Source: Bacteriovoracaceae bacterium
Lineage (GTDB): Bacteria > Bdellovibrionota > Bacteriovoracia > Bacteriovoracales > Bacteriovoracaceae
Assembly (NCBI GenBank): GCA_018649885.1
Contig: JABIHA010000120.1
Coordinates: forward strand, 1 to 37,721
Direction: 5' to 3'
Length of the DNA: 37,721 nt
The translations under genes were made by a program, and so were the position numbers. Shown one piece after another: positions 9,180 through 18,054 of this stretch. Under the pieces are notes generated by a model that had not been told where the DNA came from, made no database searches, and worked only from the letters and a program-made list of their open reading frames with translations. Positions within the stretch are counted from its first letter, which is position 1, and each line of letters begins with the position of its first letter.

Positions 9180-11136
9180 ATGAAAACAGCAACTATATTT
9201 TTGCCAGTAATGTTAATTATTCTTAACCTAGTAGGTTGTGCTTGCCCGTGTCCGTTTTACTCTACCTAGTTATGTCCAAGGTTCCTATAAACCAAATCAA
9301 AATCTAATGGCCCCCCCAATGACAACACCAGGAGATGCTGACTATGGTCAGGTTGAACCTGCAAATAAAGACGGTTATAACTGCTTTCTTATTTTTACTG
9401 ACTATAGTGCAGGGGGAGATATATCATCTTTTTGTGAAGACGGGAGTGGTGCGATTATTGCCACTCCTCAATATGCTAATGGTTTTTATTCTGCTGGATC
9501 GATTCCCGATTTAAAATTTCCCGTAGGTGAAGGCATTAACTTTTCTATTGTTGGTTCATACGTAACCTCACCTGAATTTTGTGGAGCCCATGCTTATATT
9601 GATGATAATGCCGGTCAAATGTCTATTCCTCAATTACTTGGAAGTGTAACCGAGAATATCTTGCCAGGGATAAACGATATTAATTTGACGGGATCATATG
9701 CCAATAGAGTTGATATCCACGATTGCTTTGGACCGGTCTTTGGATGGGAAGATTTTAATGATGCGAGCTTTTGCTCATCAAATAGTTCGGCTACAGCTTA
9801 TGATGAAATAGGATCGGGAACCATGATCGATCCTTACGCCATTTGCACGAAAGAGCAACTCTACGACCTCGCCACAAGTGCGACTGGTTGTAATGCCTCT
9901 TCTGGTGATGCCTGTTCCTTTTCTTATGAATTGAAGGCTGATTTAGACCTATCTAGTTATGGCTCTACTTTTCCTCCCATTGGAGGGGGCGGCTTTAATG
10001 AGTTTTCTGGAAATCTTTATGGCAATGGCTATCACATAGATAATTTATCAATGACATTTGCTTCTACTAGTAGCGCGGGCCTTTTTCAAATGGCATCAAG
10101 TGGCTACTTTTCTGATATTATTTTTAATGACCCTATCATAAGCGCTCCTTCAACTGTGAATGTAGGCGTTCTTATTGGATATGCAAGCTCTACCCTAACT
10201 GTCACAGGCGTTATGGTTGTTGGCTCTGGGACAGGCTCAGTAACCGGAGATGACTTTGTAGGGGGGATTGTCGGCAAGGCACCAAGTGGAATTGATATTA
10301 ATAATAGCTATAGCTCAGTTGATGTTTTGGCCAACGATGGCTACGTTGGTGGAATAGTTGCTCAGATAGGCGGTTCATCGATGGTTTATTATGTTGTAAG
10401 CGAAGGAACTGTCGCAACTGACGCTGATACAGGAAATAGTTATATTGGTGGCCTTGTGGGTCTTTCAGTTGATTCCGATATCTTTAATTCGGCTTCAACA
10501 GCTGACGTGACATGCAAGAATACCAGCCCTGGATCATCTTCAATGTGTATCATTGGTGGATTAGTGGGCGAATTTCAAGTTAGCTCAGGCTCTCATTATC
10601 TAAGTGATAACTATGCTACTGGGCAAGTTGAAAGTAAGAGTACTGGCTCTATTGGGAACCCAAGCTATATTGGAGGCTTTGTTGGAAGGGTTGTTGACTC
10701 AGCTTCTTCAACAACTGTGCAAAGTAATTATGCAACAGGAGCTGTTATTGGAGCTGGACCACAAAGTGGTACAGGGGATACAGCAGGTGGGTTTGCAGGA
10801 AAATGCTCAGGCGCAGGTGCAGGACTCTACAATAATTTCTCGGCTGGCTCACTTACCTTACTTGATACATCAGCTGCAGCTGGTGAATTAATTGGGGCGG
10901 ATGCCTCTTGTTCCTATGGTGATAATAGCTATCTGACCACTTTTGCTTGCACAGGAGTCGGCTGTAGTGATGCTGGAGGAGCAACCTCTCAAACGGCCAT
11001 AAACTTAAAGCCATCTGCACAAGGTGATACAGTGCCATTTGGTGATGCGGCTGGTGTTGAGGAATGGCTAGATACTAATTGGTCGTTTGATGCCACCGAT
11101 TATCCGCAACTTCTTTGGCTGCCTTCACCTTACTAG
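9180..11136 (+). pseudogene. GLUG-motif surface lipoprotein with a frameshift just after the lipobox (pseudogene, assembly error or recoded gene)
   Basis: ATG 9180 with a purine-rich RBS gives MKTATIFLPVMLIILNLVGC, then stops at 9267-9269. The 632-codon GLUG body (9238-11136) is in the +1 frame, is closed upstream by TAG 9232-9234, and has no signal peptide of its own. Confidence 0.7.
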
Positions 11137-11145
11137 AAAATGCCA

Positions 11146-11524
11146 TTATTCAAATAGTGATTTGAGAATTTGATCAGTTAATCTGTATCCCAGATAGGGC
11201 ACATGTGATCCACTATGAATTTTGTAGTGATGAACAAAACTTTTATCACGGCAAGTATTTCGTTTAAAGACTTCTACCTTTTTAGGCGATAGTGCCCTTC
11301 TAAATACAAAGCTCTCTTTTAAGGCCAAGATAAAGATCTTGAGTGTCTCCTGCAAAGGCATATCCGTGAAGCAAGATAAGAGTCTTTGTTTCACTGTTGA
11401 TTTTTCTAGGAAGAATAACTGTGGTTTTTCCTCTCTTTTTAACATCTATACTCAGTGAGTCTCTCTTTGCAAATACTGCGGAGGAAAATAATAATATCAT
11501 GATTGTAATAGTTAAATTTTTCAA
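11146..11524 (-). pseudogene. Remnant of a secreted alpha/beta-hydrolase (PHB depolymerase/LpqC-like esterase) with a large internal deletion
   Basis: TTG 11524: signal peptide, then VILP...LILLHGY..AGDTQDLYLGL (family N-terminus), stop at 11300. Another frame encodes C...YKIHSGSHVP...QILKSLFE (family C-terminus with catalytic His). No GxSxG between them. Confidence 0.65.
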
Positions 11525-11863
11525 TAGACTCTCTCTGATCGACAATTGGTACAACGAATAATTAATATTAGAAAGTAAGTTAATATGCAAGAAAAACACA
11601 GGGTTCGTGGTCTTTTTTTGTAGGGAAGTGCTCTTTATCAAGACTCCTAGGCACTGTCGGCGATTTAATATGCAAAGCGTTCCAAAAAATTATTGCCACT
11701 GTTACAGTGGAAACTCTTACATACCGCAGGTAGGAAAGTTATGAGTGTATTCGGCTTTGAAGTAAAAAAAAGATCCATTTCGAGTAGATTTTCCCTTAGG
11801 GGATGACTTATCTTGTTGGCCCATCTATCTGTCGTAGAACATACAAACCTTCAGGAGAAGACC

Positions 11864-12469
11864 ATGAAAAAACAATATCTTTTTATTTTTGCTCTGTTAA
11901 TGAGCACCCAATTTGCTTTTGCAACCTCACCAATAAAACCATCTGATTTAGTGAAATTCTCAATTTCTCTTAGTGATGTACAATCAGCAAAATTTGGAGT
12001 TGATAAGGCAGACTTAACATTGGACCAAAGTGGATACTTAGAAGTTGATGCTTATGCCAATGGAACTCCGGCCAGTGGAAAATATATTAAGTTTAAGCGC
12101 CTTGGTAAGTGGATGCCTAAGAAGTCCACCAAGTCTGTACTCAAATATGCGAAAAGGTTATCAATTGAAGATGTTAAGGTTGTAAAAAGAGAAGGACCGT
12201 TATGCTACCTTTCACAAATGCCATACTGGATGGTAAGGGCAAGTCGTACAGTTTTTGTTGCAACTACTTATGATGTGGAAAAAGATTACTTTTTTGGAAA
12301 ACTACGTTTAGTTTATTCTCCAGAAGCCTGTTACCAAGAAACTTCCACAAGTCTTTCATACTCTTATGCTAGACGAGTATTGGGCAAAGTACAGAAAACA
12401 ATTGCGAAAGAGGCCCTTGCTATGATCGAAGATGCATCTGAAAATGGTGAGCTAAAAGAAGATAAGTAA
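11864..12469 (+). CDS. Secreted hypothetical protein
   Basis: AGGAGA RBS before ATG 11864 (preferred to 11813); signal peptide ending AFA. Confidence 0.75.
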   Translation: MKKQYLFIFALLMSTQFAFATSPIKPSDLVKFSISLSDVQSAKFGVDKADLTLDQSGYLEVDAYANGTPASGKYIKFKRLGKWMPKKSTKSVLKYAKRLSIEDVKVVKREGPLCYLSQMPYWMVRASRTVFVATTYDVEKDYFFGKLRLVYSPEACYQETSTSLSYSYARRVLGKVQKTIAKEALAMIEDASENGELKEDK

Positions 12470-12488
12470 GTTTAATTTGTTCGCTTTA

Positions 12489-12530
12489 GATTCCAGGCAC
12501 ACTTCTCCTACAAGGGAAGTTGCTGGAATC
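12489..12530. repeat. Intergenic bulged hairpin, REP-like copy 1
   Basis: GATTCCAG-G-CA-C-ACTTC-T-CCT / ACA loop / AGG-GAAGT-TG-CTGGAATC; shares TTCCAGGCACA...TGCTGGAA with 14356-14426. Confidence 0.6.
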
Positions 12531-12619
12531 ACTTTAGCGTTTTGTATCCTTAACAATATCTCCCCTGAAAATAGTTGAATTCAGACTATCCTATTAATAA
12601 ATAAAAATAGGAGATAAAA

Positions 12620-13603
12620 ATGACGAAACTATCATTCATAGTGACCTTCTTGGCCTTGGCAACATCTTTTCCAGGTATTGCTGAAGTTCAAGTAAAGCGC
12701 AGCGCCCATGTCAATGCCAAAAACTACCAACTTGAGTACGGTTCTAATAATTTTGCAATAAATTACTTCGTGTACAAAAAGTACGTGTCCTATAACGGCA
12801 ATTGCACTAGAGGAGGAATCACACTTTCTAGTGGAGGAGGAGTTAAAGTGTGGGGATCAACTGGAGGAAGCTGCTATAAGACAAGTTTTGAAAGGGAAGG
12901 GGATACACCCATTGGAATAATTCAAGTAAATATTAACATTTTTGTAGAAGGTAGTCTTATGGATGGAGAACTTCCGGCGCTCGATTTTTATCATTTTGTC
13001 TATCCTCTCACTGAACATGATATGATCGCCTACACTGCTGATGGTCTGCATATTAAATACCTTGGAGGGATAAACCTCCAAAAAAGTAAAAACCAAGGCC
13101 AGCGTCCTAGTGGATATCAAATTATTAAAAGTAGTTCTCATTTTAGCTACGAAAAATCAAAGAGCATTCACTCTGTCAGCTACACTTTAAGGCCAACTGA
13201 TTTTTCTTGGATAAATAGGCTATTAGAAAAAAAGGGAGATTATAGTGTATCTGAAAATGGCAAAGAGTTGAGCTTTACTATTCCCTTGGCCAAAGAAACA
13301 TTTTATCCCCATTTCATTGAAATTAAAAAAGGTCGAAAATTGGGAAAAGGAAAAACTCTTTCTGTAAACACCATTTCTCACAAGGATTTTGATGATGAAT
13401 CTTACTATGGTTTGGGCGACTATAAGGTAAAAGAAATAGATAGTGAATCTACAAGGGTAACAATTGGAATTTCTGAAGTTCCACAAAAAAGGAAAGTCAA
13501 AAGTTACAATGCTTCTATTGAGCTAAGAATTGATCATAGGCGTTTTATCGGCATCCCTCATACACTTTCGATCTTTAATAGATGGGGAACGTTTTCTCAT
13601 TAA
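12620..13603 (+). CDS. Secreted hypothetical protein
   Basis: AGGAGA RBS; signal peptide ending GIA; 327-aa ORF; no recognised family. Confidence 0.75.
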   Translation: MTKLSFIVTFLALATSFPGIAEVQVKRSAHVNAKNYQLEYGSNNFAINYFVYKKYVSYNGNCTRGGITLSSGGGVKVWGSTGGSCYKTSFEREGDTPIGIIQVNINIFVEGSLMDGELPALDFYHFVYPLTEHDMIAYTADGLHIKYLGGINLQKSKNQGQRPSGYQIIKSSSHFSYEKSKSIHSVSYTLRPTDFSWINRLLEKKGDYSVSENGKELSFTIPLAKETFYPHFIEIKKGRKLGKGKTLSVNTISHKDFDDESYYGLGDYKVKEIDSESTRVTIGISEVPQKRKVKSYNASIELRIDHRRFIGIPHTLSIFNRWGTFSH

Positions 13604-13622
13604 GAAACCAATTAAGAATGGT

Positions 13623-14204
13623 TCAATCTGAAGATATTTCACTAATCGGTTTTGAACCATATCTTTGCTCAGCAAGTGCTGAGCTGGAATAGTACACTTG
13701 GTCTATGGGGATTCCTTCAGGCGAAATATTGCCAAAATCGTTGACATAATCTTCAGCTGGTATTGATCTAAAACTTAAGCCCTCATTGGAAACATTAATA
13801 GGAAAACCATAGGGGGAAATTTCAATTTCAGTTCCAGCAGCGACCATTTTTTCAATATATTCCTTGGGTGATACATCACCTCTAACAGAAAAATCTAAAT
13901 CAAGAATCTGATCACCTTTCTTCAGAAATACGTGGTGTTTCCATACATCAACTTTTGGGCCCCTTGTAGAGTGACCTAAGACTAAACCTGTTTTAGGATT
14001 AAATAGATATATGACTTCAATATCTTTGATGGCCTCATCACCTTCGAGGGCGGCAAGACGTTTTAAGAAACGATTTACATTAGCATGGCACTCACTGCAC
14101 TTATAGATAGATGGGTTTCTCCATATTTGGCAGAAAAGGCTAACTGCACTGGCAGATGCATGAGAGCTCGTTAGAAATGCGAATAATAATACTACTTTTA
14201 AAAT
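13623..14204 (-). CDS. Secreted NTAQ1/WDYHV-like (protein N-terminal glutamine amidohydrolase fold) Cys-His-Asp enzyme with apparent ATT start
   Basis: The frame of the 74-aa track ORF stays open for 119 more codons to ATT 14204, preceded by TAA and AAGGGAAG. It encodes a signal peptide and motifs YKCSECHANV, WKHHV, ILDLDF and FRSIPAEDYVNDF. Confidence 0.7.
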   Translation of the reverse strand: MLKVVLLFAFLTSSHASASAVSLFCQIWRNPSIYKCSECHANVNRFLKRLAALEGDEAIKDIEVIYLFNPKTGLVLGHSTRGPKVDVWKHHVFLKKGDQILDLDFSVRGDVSPKEYIEKMVAAGTEIEISPYGFPINVSNEGLSFRSIPAEDYVNDFGNISPEGIPIDQVYYSSSALAEQRYGSKPISEISSD

Positions 14205-14355
14205 TTAAACTTCCCTTTTTAAACGACTCAATAAACTTTAGTTACTAGGCCCCTTGGGTTTACTTCTAAACGCTTGATCGGGGATAAGATGGTTTAAAGA
14301 AAGTAAAAATCCTGACAGATTTAGTTTTTGGAAAAATTTTCAATGTGGAAAAAGA

Positions 14356-14426
14356 GGTTCCAGGCACATTTCTGCGATGGCAGAATAGGGTACACATTAG
14401 ATTGAGGATTGTAGTGTGCTGGAACC
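14356..14426. repeat. Intergenic bulged hairpin, REP-like copy 2
   Basis: GGTTCCAG-G-CACA (14356-14368) pairs with TGTG-CTGGAACC (14415-14426); internal hairpin TTCTGC-GATG-GCAGAA. Confidence 0.6.
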
Positions 14427-14432
14427 AATATA

Positions 14433-14975
14433 CTAGTCGATATAATTGTTAACTAAAACTTTAAAACATGTATCTACATTTAGTTCATGGCTAATATTTA
14501 TTGATCTCTTCAAAACCACTCCTTCACTATCTGTTTGGGCGTAAAAAGAGATCCCTCCATTTTTGTAGTCAGTGGCCTTTCCACCAATAGTGAGTCCAAG
14601 ATAGTTAATTGGCAGGGGGACATTGTAATTTCTCTTAAATTCTGCAACACAATTTTTAAATGAATTGAGTGCAGTGCTGGAGCCGGCTCCAGAGAGTCTT
14701 TCTGATAATTCCCACTTTTTTATTCCAAGTTCTGCTGCAAACTTTTTCAGCTCTTCTCGAACTTCCGCCCACTCCATATCGACGTACTGATAATGGTAAG
14801 GCCCTGAGAGCTTTGTAGGCATCAGGTCCTCAATTTTTTTTAGTTTTTCTTCAAAACCTTTAAATTTAGTGTCCACACTCGTTTTGAGATTTTGAATTTC
14901 TATTTTAAGTTCACTTCTTTTGGCCTCACCTAGTATTGGAGAAATGGCCAATATGCTTATTAGTAAAAATTTCAT
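14433..14975 (-). CDS. Secreted hypothetical protein with N-terminal coiled coil
   Basis: GAGGAG RBS; signal peptide ending GEA; heptad-like ELKIEIQNLK...EEKLKKIEDL. Confidence 0.75.
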   Translation of the reverse strand: MKFLLISILAISPILGEAKRSELKIEIQNLKTSVDTKFKGFEEKLKKIEDLMPTKLSGPYHYQYVDMEWAEVREELKKFAAELGIKKWELSERLSGAGSSTALNSFKNCVAEFKRNYNVPLPINYLGLTIGGKATDYKNGGISFYAQTDSEGVVLKRSINISHELNVDTCFKVLVNNYID

Positions 14976-14985
14976 TGTTAGCTCC

Positions 14986-15489
14986 TCAGTTGTCTATGCT
15001 AAAGGTTGTATGACCCAATTTCCCATTTTGAATGGTATAGGCTTGGATTTTTTTTCCTATATTTTTCGCACTCACAGATAAAAAAGACCGTTTGATGGGG
15101 AAATCACCCTCTTCAGCTAGCTTGCGATAAAGTTCGATGTCTTGATCTCGCAATCCATTTTTGTTAAGAGAGTTGCAAAATTTTGAATTTGCTTGCTGAA
15201 AATCCCATTTTTCAAGGATGAGTCTACTTGATAGCTTTTTTAGTAGTTTGCTATAAGCAGAGGATGAAGAACGGTCCATAATAATCGCCATAAAATCATC
15301 TTCCGTCAATTGATTTCCTGTCATATCAAATTTTGAGTATCTGATTTTAAGTTTTGAATTTGTCTTTTTTAATGAGCTGTGCATTTCAACAAGATCAGCA
15401 CTGTAAACCAGTGCAGTGGCGCACCTTTTTCCAGCAAAGCATTGGGATGCTACAAGTATAGATAGGCCTGCTATTAATCGATTCATCAC
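14986..15489 (-). CDS. Secreted hypothetical protein
   Basis: AGGAGG RBS; signal peptide ending CFA; 10 bp from the downstream gene, so probably an operon. Confidence 0.75.
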   Translation of the reverse strand: MMNRLIAGLSILVASQCFAGKRCATALVYSADLVEMHSSLKKTNSKLKIRYSKFDMTGNQLTEDDFMAIIMDRSSSSAYSKLLKKLSSRLILEKWDFQQANSKFCNSLNKNGLRDQDIELYRKLAEEGDFPIKRSFLSVSAKNIGKKIQAYTIQNGKLGHTTFSIDN

Positions 15490-15630
15490 TTCCTCCTAAA
15501 TTTGTATATTTTGTGATTTGACACTAGTCCAATTTCAATACGCATTTAGGGGAGAAAAAGTTAATGATAGTAAATGGAGACCCAAGGTCTTAATTTGTCA
15601 TTGTGATAGGGTAAAATTTCCAGGTTATCT

Positions 15631-17178
15631 TCAATTTTTTAATCTAATTCCTTTAGATACAAAAATCTTTTCACATTGACCTATGCACTTATCTGTAAAA
15701 ATGGCCAGTAGTGCAGAGGGGATGGCCCCAAGTAAGATCAGATTGGAGTTAACTGTTGCTACTCCTCTGAAAATGGGATCACCAAATCCACCAGCTCCTA
15801 TGAGGGCGGCCAGAGTCGCTGTGCCAATGACTATGACAGCAGCTGTTCGAAGCCCTGCTAAGATTATGGGGAGCGCCAGTGGTATCTCAACTTTTAAGAG
15901 AATTTGAGTTCCAGTAAGCCCAATTCCTTTGGAAACTTCAATATAGTTTTTATCGACTCCTTTAATTCCAGAGTAAGTGTTTCTAATAATGGGCAAGAGA
16001 GAATATAAAAATAGAGCAATTAAAGCGGGAGCAAATCCGATTCCCATAATAGGAATTAAAAATCCTAAAAGTGCTAAGCTGGGGATTGTCTGGATTGTAT
16101 TGATAATGGGAAATACAACCTTTGCAAGGGATTCATGACGAGTCAGTGAAATACCAATTGGGATGGAAACGAGAAGTGCCATACCAAGGGCACCAAATGA
16201 AAGTAGCAGGTGTTCTAGTAGTAGTTTAAGAAGATAATCTTTTTTGGAATAAAAATACTTAAAGAGATTCGACTCTTCAGTTTTATTGACAATTTTGCCA
16301 CTGATCAGATTCTTTTTTATTAAAAAATTTCTGGCCACATCGTAAGGGGCTTTTTTAAAACGGTCTACCTGGTCATTCATCTCTACCATTTCATTTTCTG
16401 AAATTAAATTTTCAAACTCTGAAAAGGCCTTCATTATTTCTGGAAAGCTTTCTGTGGACTTTTTATTGGCAAGCAATGCTGCTTGGTAGGGAGGGAAGTA
16501 ATTTAAATCGTCTTTAATGATTTTTAGATTATATGCCTTGATTCTTCCATCAGTAGAGTAGGCAATAATCATATCTGTTTGTTTATTGTGAATGGCTGCA
16601 TACATTAGCCCGGATTCAATGGATAAGATATGATCTTTTTGAAAATTTAGGTTGTAGGTTTTTGAAAATCTATCAAACCCATCTTTTCTTTCCATGAATT
16701 CATGGGGGCTTGCAAATTGATAGCTTTCAACAATCCCCGAAAGCTGGCCTAGCCTATCAATATTTTTAAATCTTTGGTCATCGCCTCTTACTGCTAAGGC
16801 GTAAGTATTATTAAAGCCTATTTTCTTTGACCACAATATTCCATACCTAGATTTAAACTCACGGCTGACTATTTGATGAACCTTTTGTGGGTCCCTCTCC
16901 CCATCCATTTTTAGGATCATGACATAGCCTGTTCCTGTATAGTCAGGATAAATATCGATTGCTCCAAGCTTAAGGGCATCAAAAGCTACTTTAGTTCCAC
17001 CAAGTGAGAATTTTCTAACCACTGAAGTTTGATATTTTTCCTCCAACAAAATACTCACCATTTCGGCAATGATAATGGATTCACTAAATTTTTTGGAGCC
17101 AATGACTATTGGTCTTTTGGCATGGCCTAAACAGGAGAAAATATTGACCAATATAATTAGGATGAGAGCTCTATACAA
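15631..17178 (-). CDS. Osmoprotectant (glycine betaine/choline/carnitine-type) ABC transporter, fused substrate-binding protein and permease
   Basis: SBP motifs GSKKFSES, YPDYTGT, FNNTYAL, YSTDG, FPPY; permease motifs QTIPSLALLG, VEIPLALPIILAGLR, IGAGGFG. Start probably TTG 17178 overlapping the ATPase stop (track gives 17205). Confidence 0.9.
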   Translation of the reverse strand: MYRALILIILVNIFSCLGHAKRPIVIGSKKFSESIIIAEMVSILLEEKYQTSVVRKFSLGGTKVAFDALKLGAIDIYPDYTGTGYVMILKMDGERDPQKVHQIVSREFKSRYGILWSKKIGFNNTYALAVRGDDQRFKNIDRLGQLSGIVESYQFASPHEFMERKDGFDRFSKTYNLNFQKDHILSIESGLMYAAIHNKQTDMIIAYSTDGRIKAYNLKIIKDDLNYFPPYQAALLANKKSTESFPEIMKAFSEFENLISENEMVEMNDQVDRFKKAPYDVARNFLIKKNLISGKIVNKTEESNLFKYFYSKKDYLLKLLLEHLLLSFGALGMALLVSIPIGISLTRHESLAKVVFPIINTIQTIPSLALLGFLIPIMGIGFAPALIALFLYSLLPIIRNTYSGIKGVDKNYIEVSKGIGLTGTQILLKVEIPLALPIILAGLRTAAVIVIGTATLAALIGAGGFGDPIFRGVATVNSNLILLGAIPSALLAIFTDKCIGQCEKIFVSKGIRLKN

Positions 17179-17905
17179 GGCCTTCGCCTTTGACAAATTC
17201 CTCAACGAATTTATTTGCAGGCCTTTTTAAAAAATCCTCTTTTGATCCTTTTTGAACAATTTTGCCTTGGTCCATTAAAATAACTAGGTCTCCCAATTTA
17301 AAGGCTTCAGTTAAGTCGTGAGTTACAATCAAAATCGTCTTGTGGAGTTTTTGGTTGAGATCCCAAAATTCACTATGAAGTGAGTTTCTAGTAACGGGAT
17401 CAAGTGCACCAAATGGTTCATCCATTAACATTATAGGGGGATCTTCCATCAGCGCTCTGGCAATGCCTACTCGTTGCTGTTGACCTCCACTTAATTCACT
17501 TGGGTAGCGCTCTTGGTACTCATCATAGGGTAAATTGATAATAGACATTAATTCGCGTACACGCCGGGTTATATAGCTTTGATCTTTTTCTAAAATTGTG
17601 GATAAAAGTGAGATATTTTGCTTAACCGTCATGTGAGGAAGCAAACCAGCTTTTTGTACAACGTAGCCAATCTTTCTACGCCATGAAATGGGATCAACAG
17701 TGTGAGAGTGATTTTCGTCGACAAAAATTTGCCCCTCAGTTGGCTCAATCAGGCGATTGATCATTTTGAGGGTGGTAGTCTTGCCGCATCCGCTAGTGCC
17801 AATAATGCAGCCAATTTCCCCTTTTTCCAGCGTGAAAGAAACATCTTCAACGGCCTTAGCTCCACTGCCCGGAAAAATTTTTGTCAGCTTTTCAACTTTA
17901 ATCAT
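17171..17905 (-). CDS. Osmoprotectant ABC transporter ATP-binding subunit (OpuCA/OsmV-like, no CBS domains)
   Basis: Walker A GTSGCGKTT, signature LSGGQQQR, Walker B LMDEPFGALD, H-loop VTHD; start set at MIKVEKL. Confidence 0.92.
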   Translation of the reverse strand: MIKVEKLTKIFPGSGAKAVEDVSFTLEKGEIGCIIGTSGCGKTTTLKMINRLIEPTEGQIFVDENHSHTVDPISWRRKIGYVVQKAGLLPHMTVKQNISLLSTILEKDQSYITRRVRELMSIINLPYDEYQERYPSELSGGQQQRVGIARALMEDPPIMLMDEPFGALDPVTRNSLHSEFWDLNQKLHKTILIVTHDLTEAFKLGDLVILMDQGKIVQKGSKEDFLKRPANKFVEEFVKGEGLV

Positions 17906-18054
17906 AAACTTTCTTGTATTAAATAATTCAACCATTTCACGATAGCAGACCCCATAAGAATCATCAAAATTTAATTTCAAAGTAAATGATTAGGATGAAA
18001 TATAGAAAGTATTGCCCTCAACCAATAAGACTTTTTAATTGAGGCCAGGAAAAA

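Noticed and set aside
11591..11740. Possible c-di-GMP-I riboswitch (GCAAAGC present) or a sigma-54 site at 11671-11684
   Set aside because: No GNRA-capped P2 stem or matching P1; the GG-GC spacing of the putative promoter is two bases short
15631..17178. Calling the fused transporter the ergothioneine importer EgtU
   Set aside because: Domain order here is binding protein then permease, the reverse of EgtU; substrate cannot be assigned by eye
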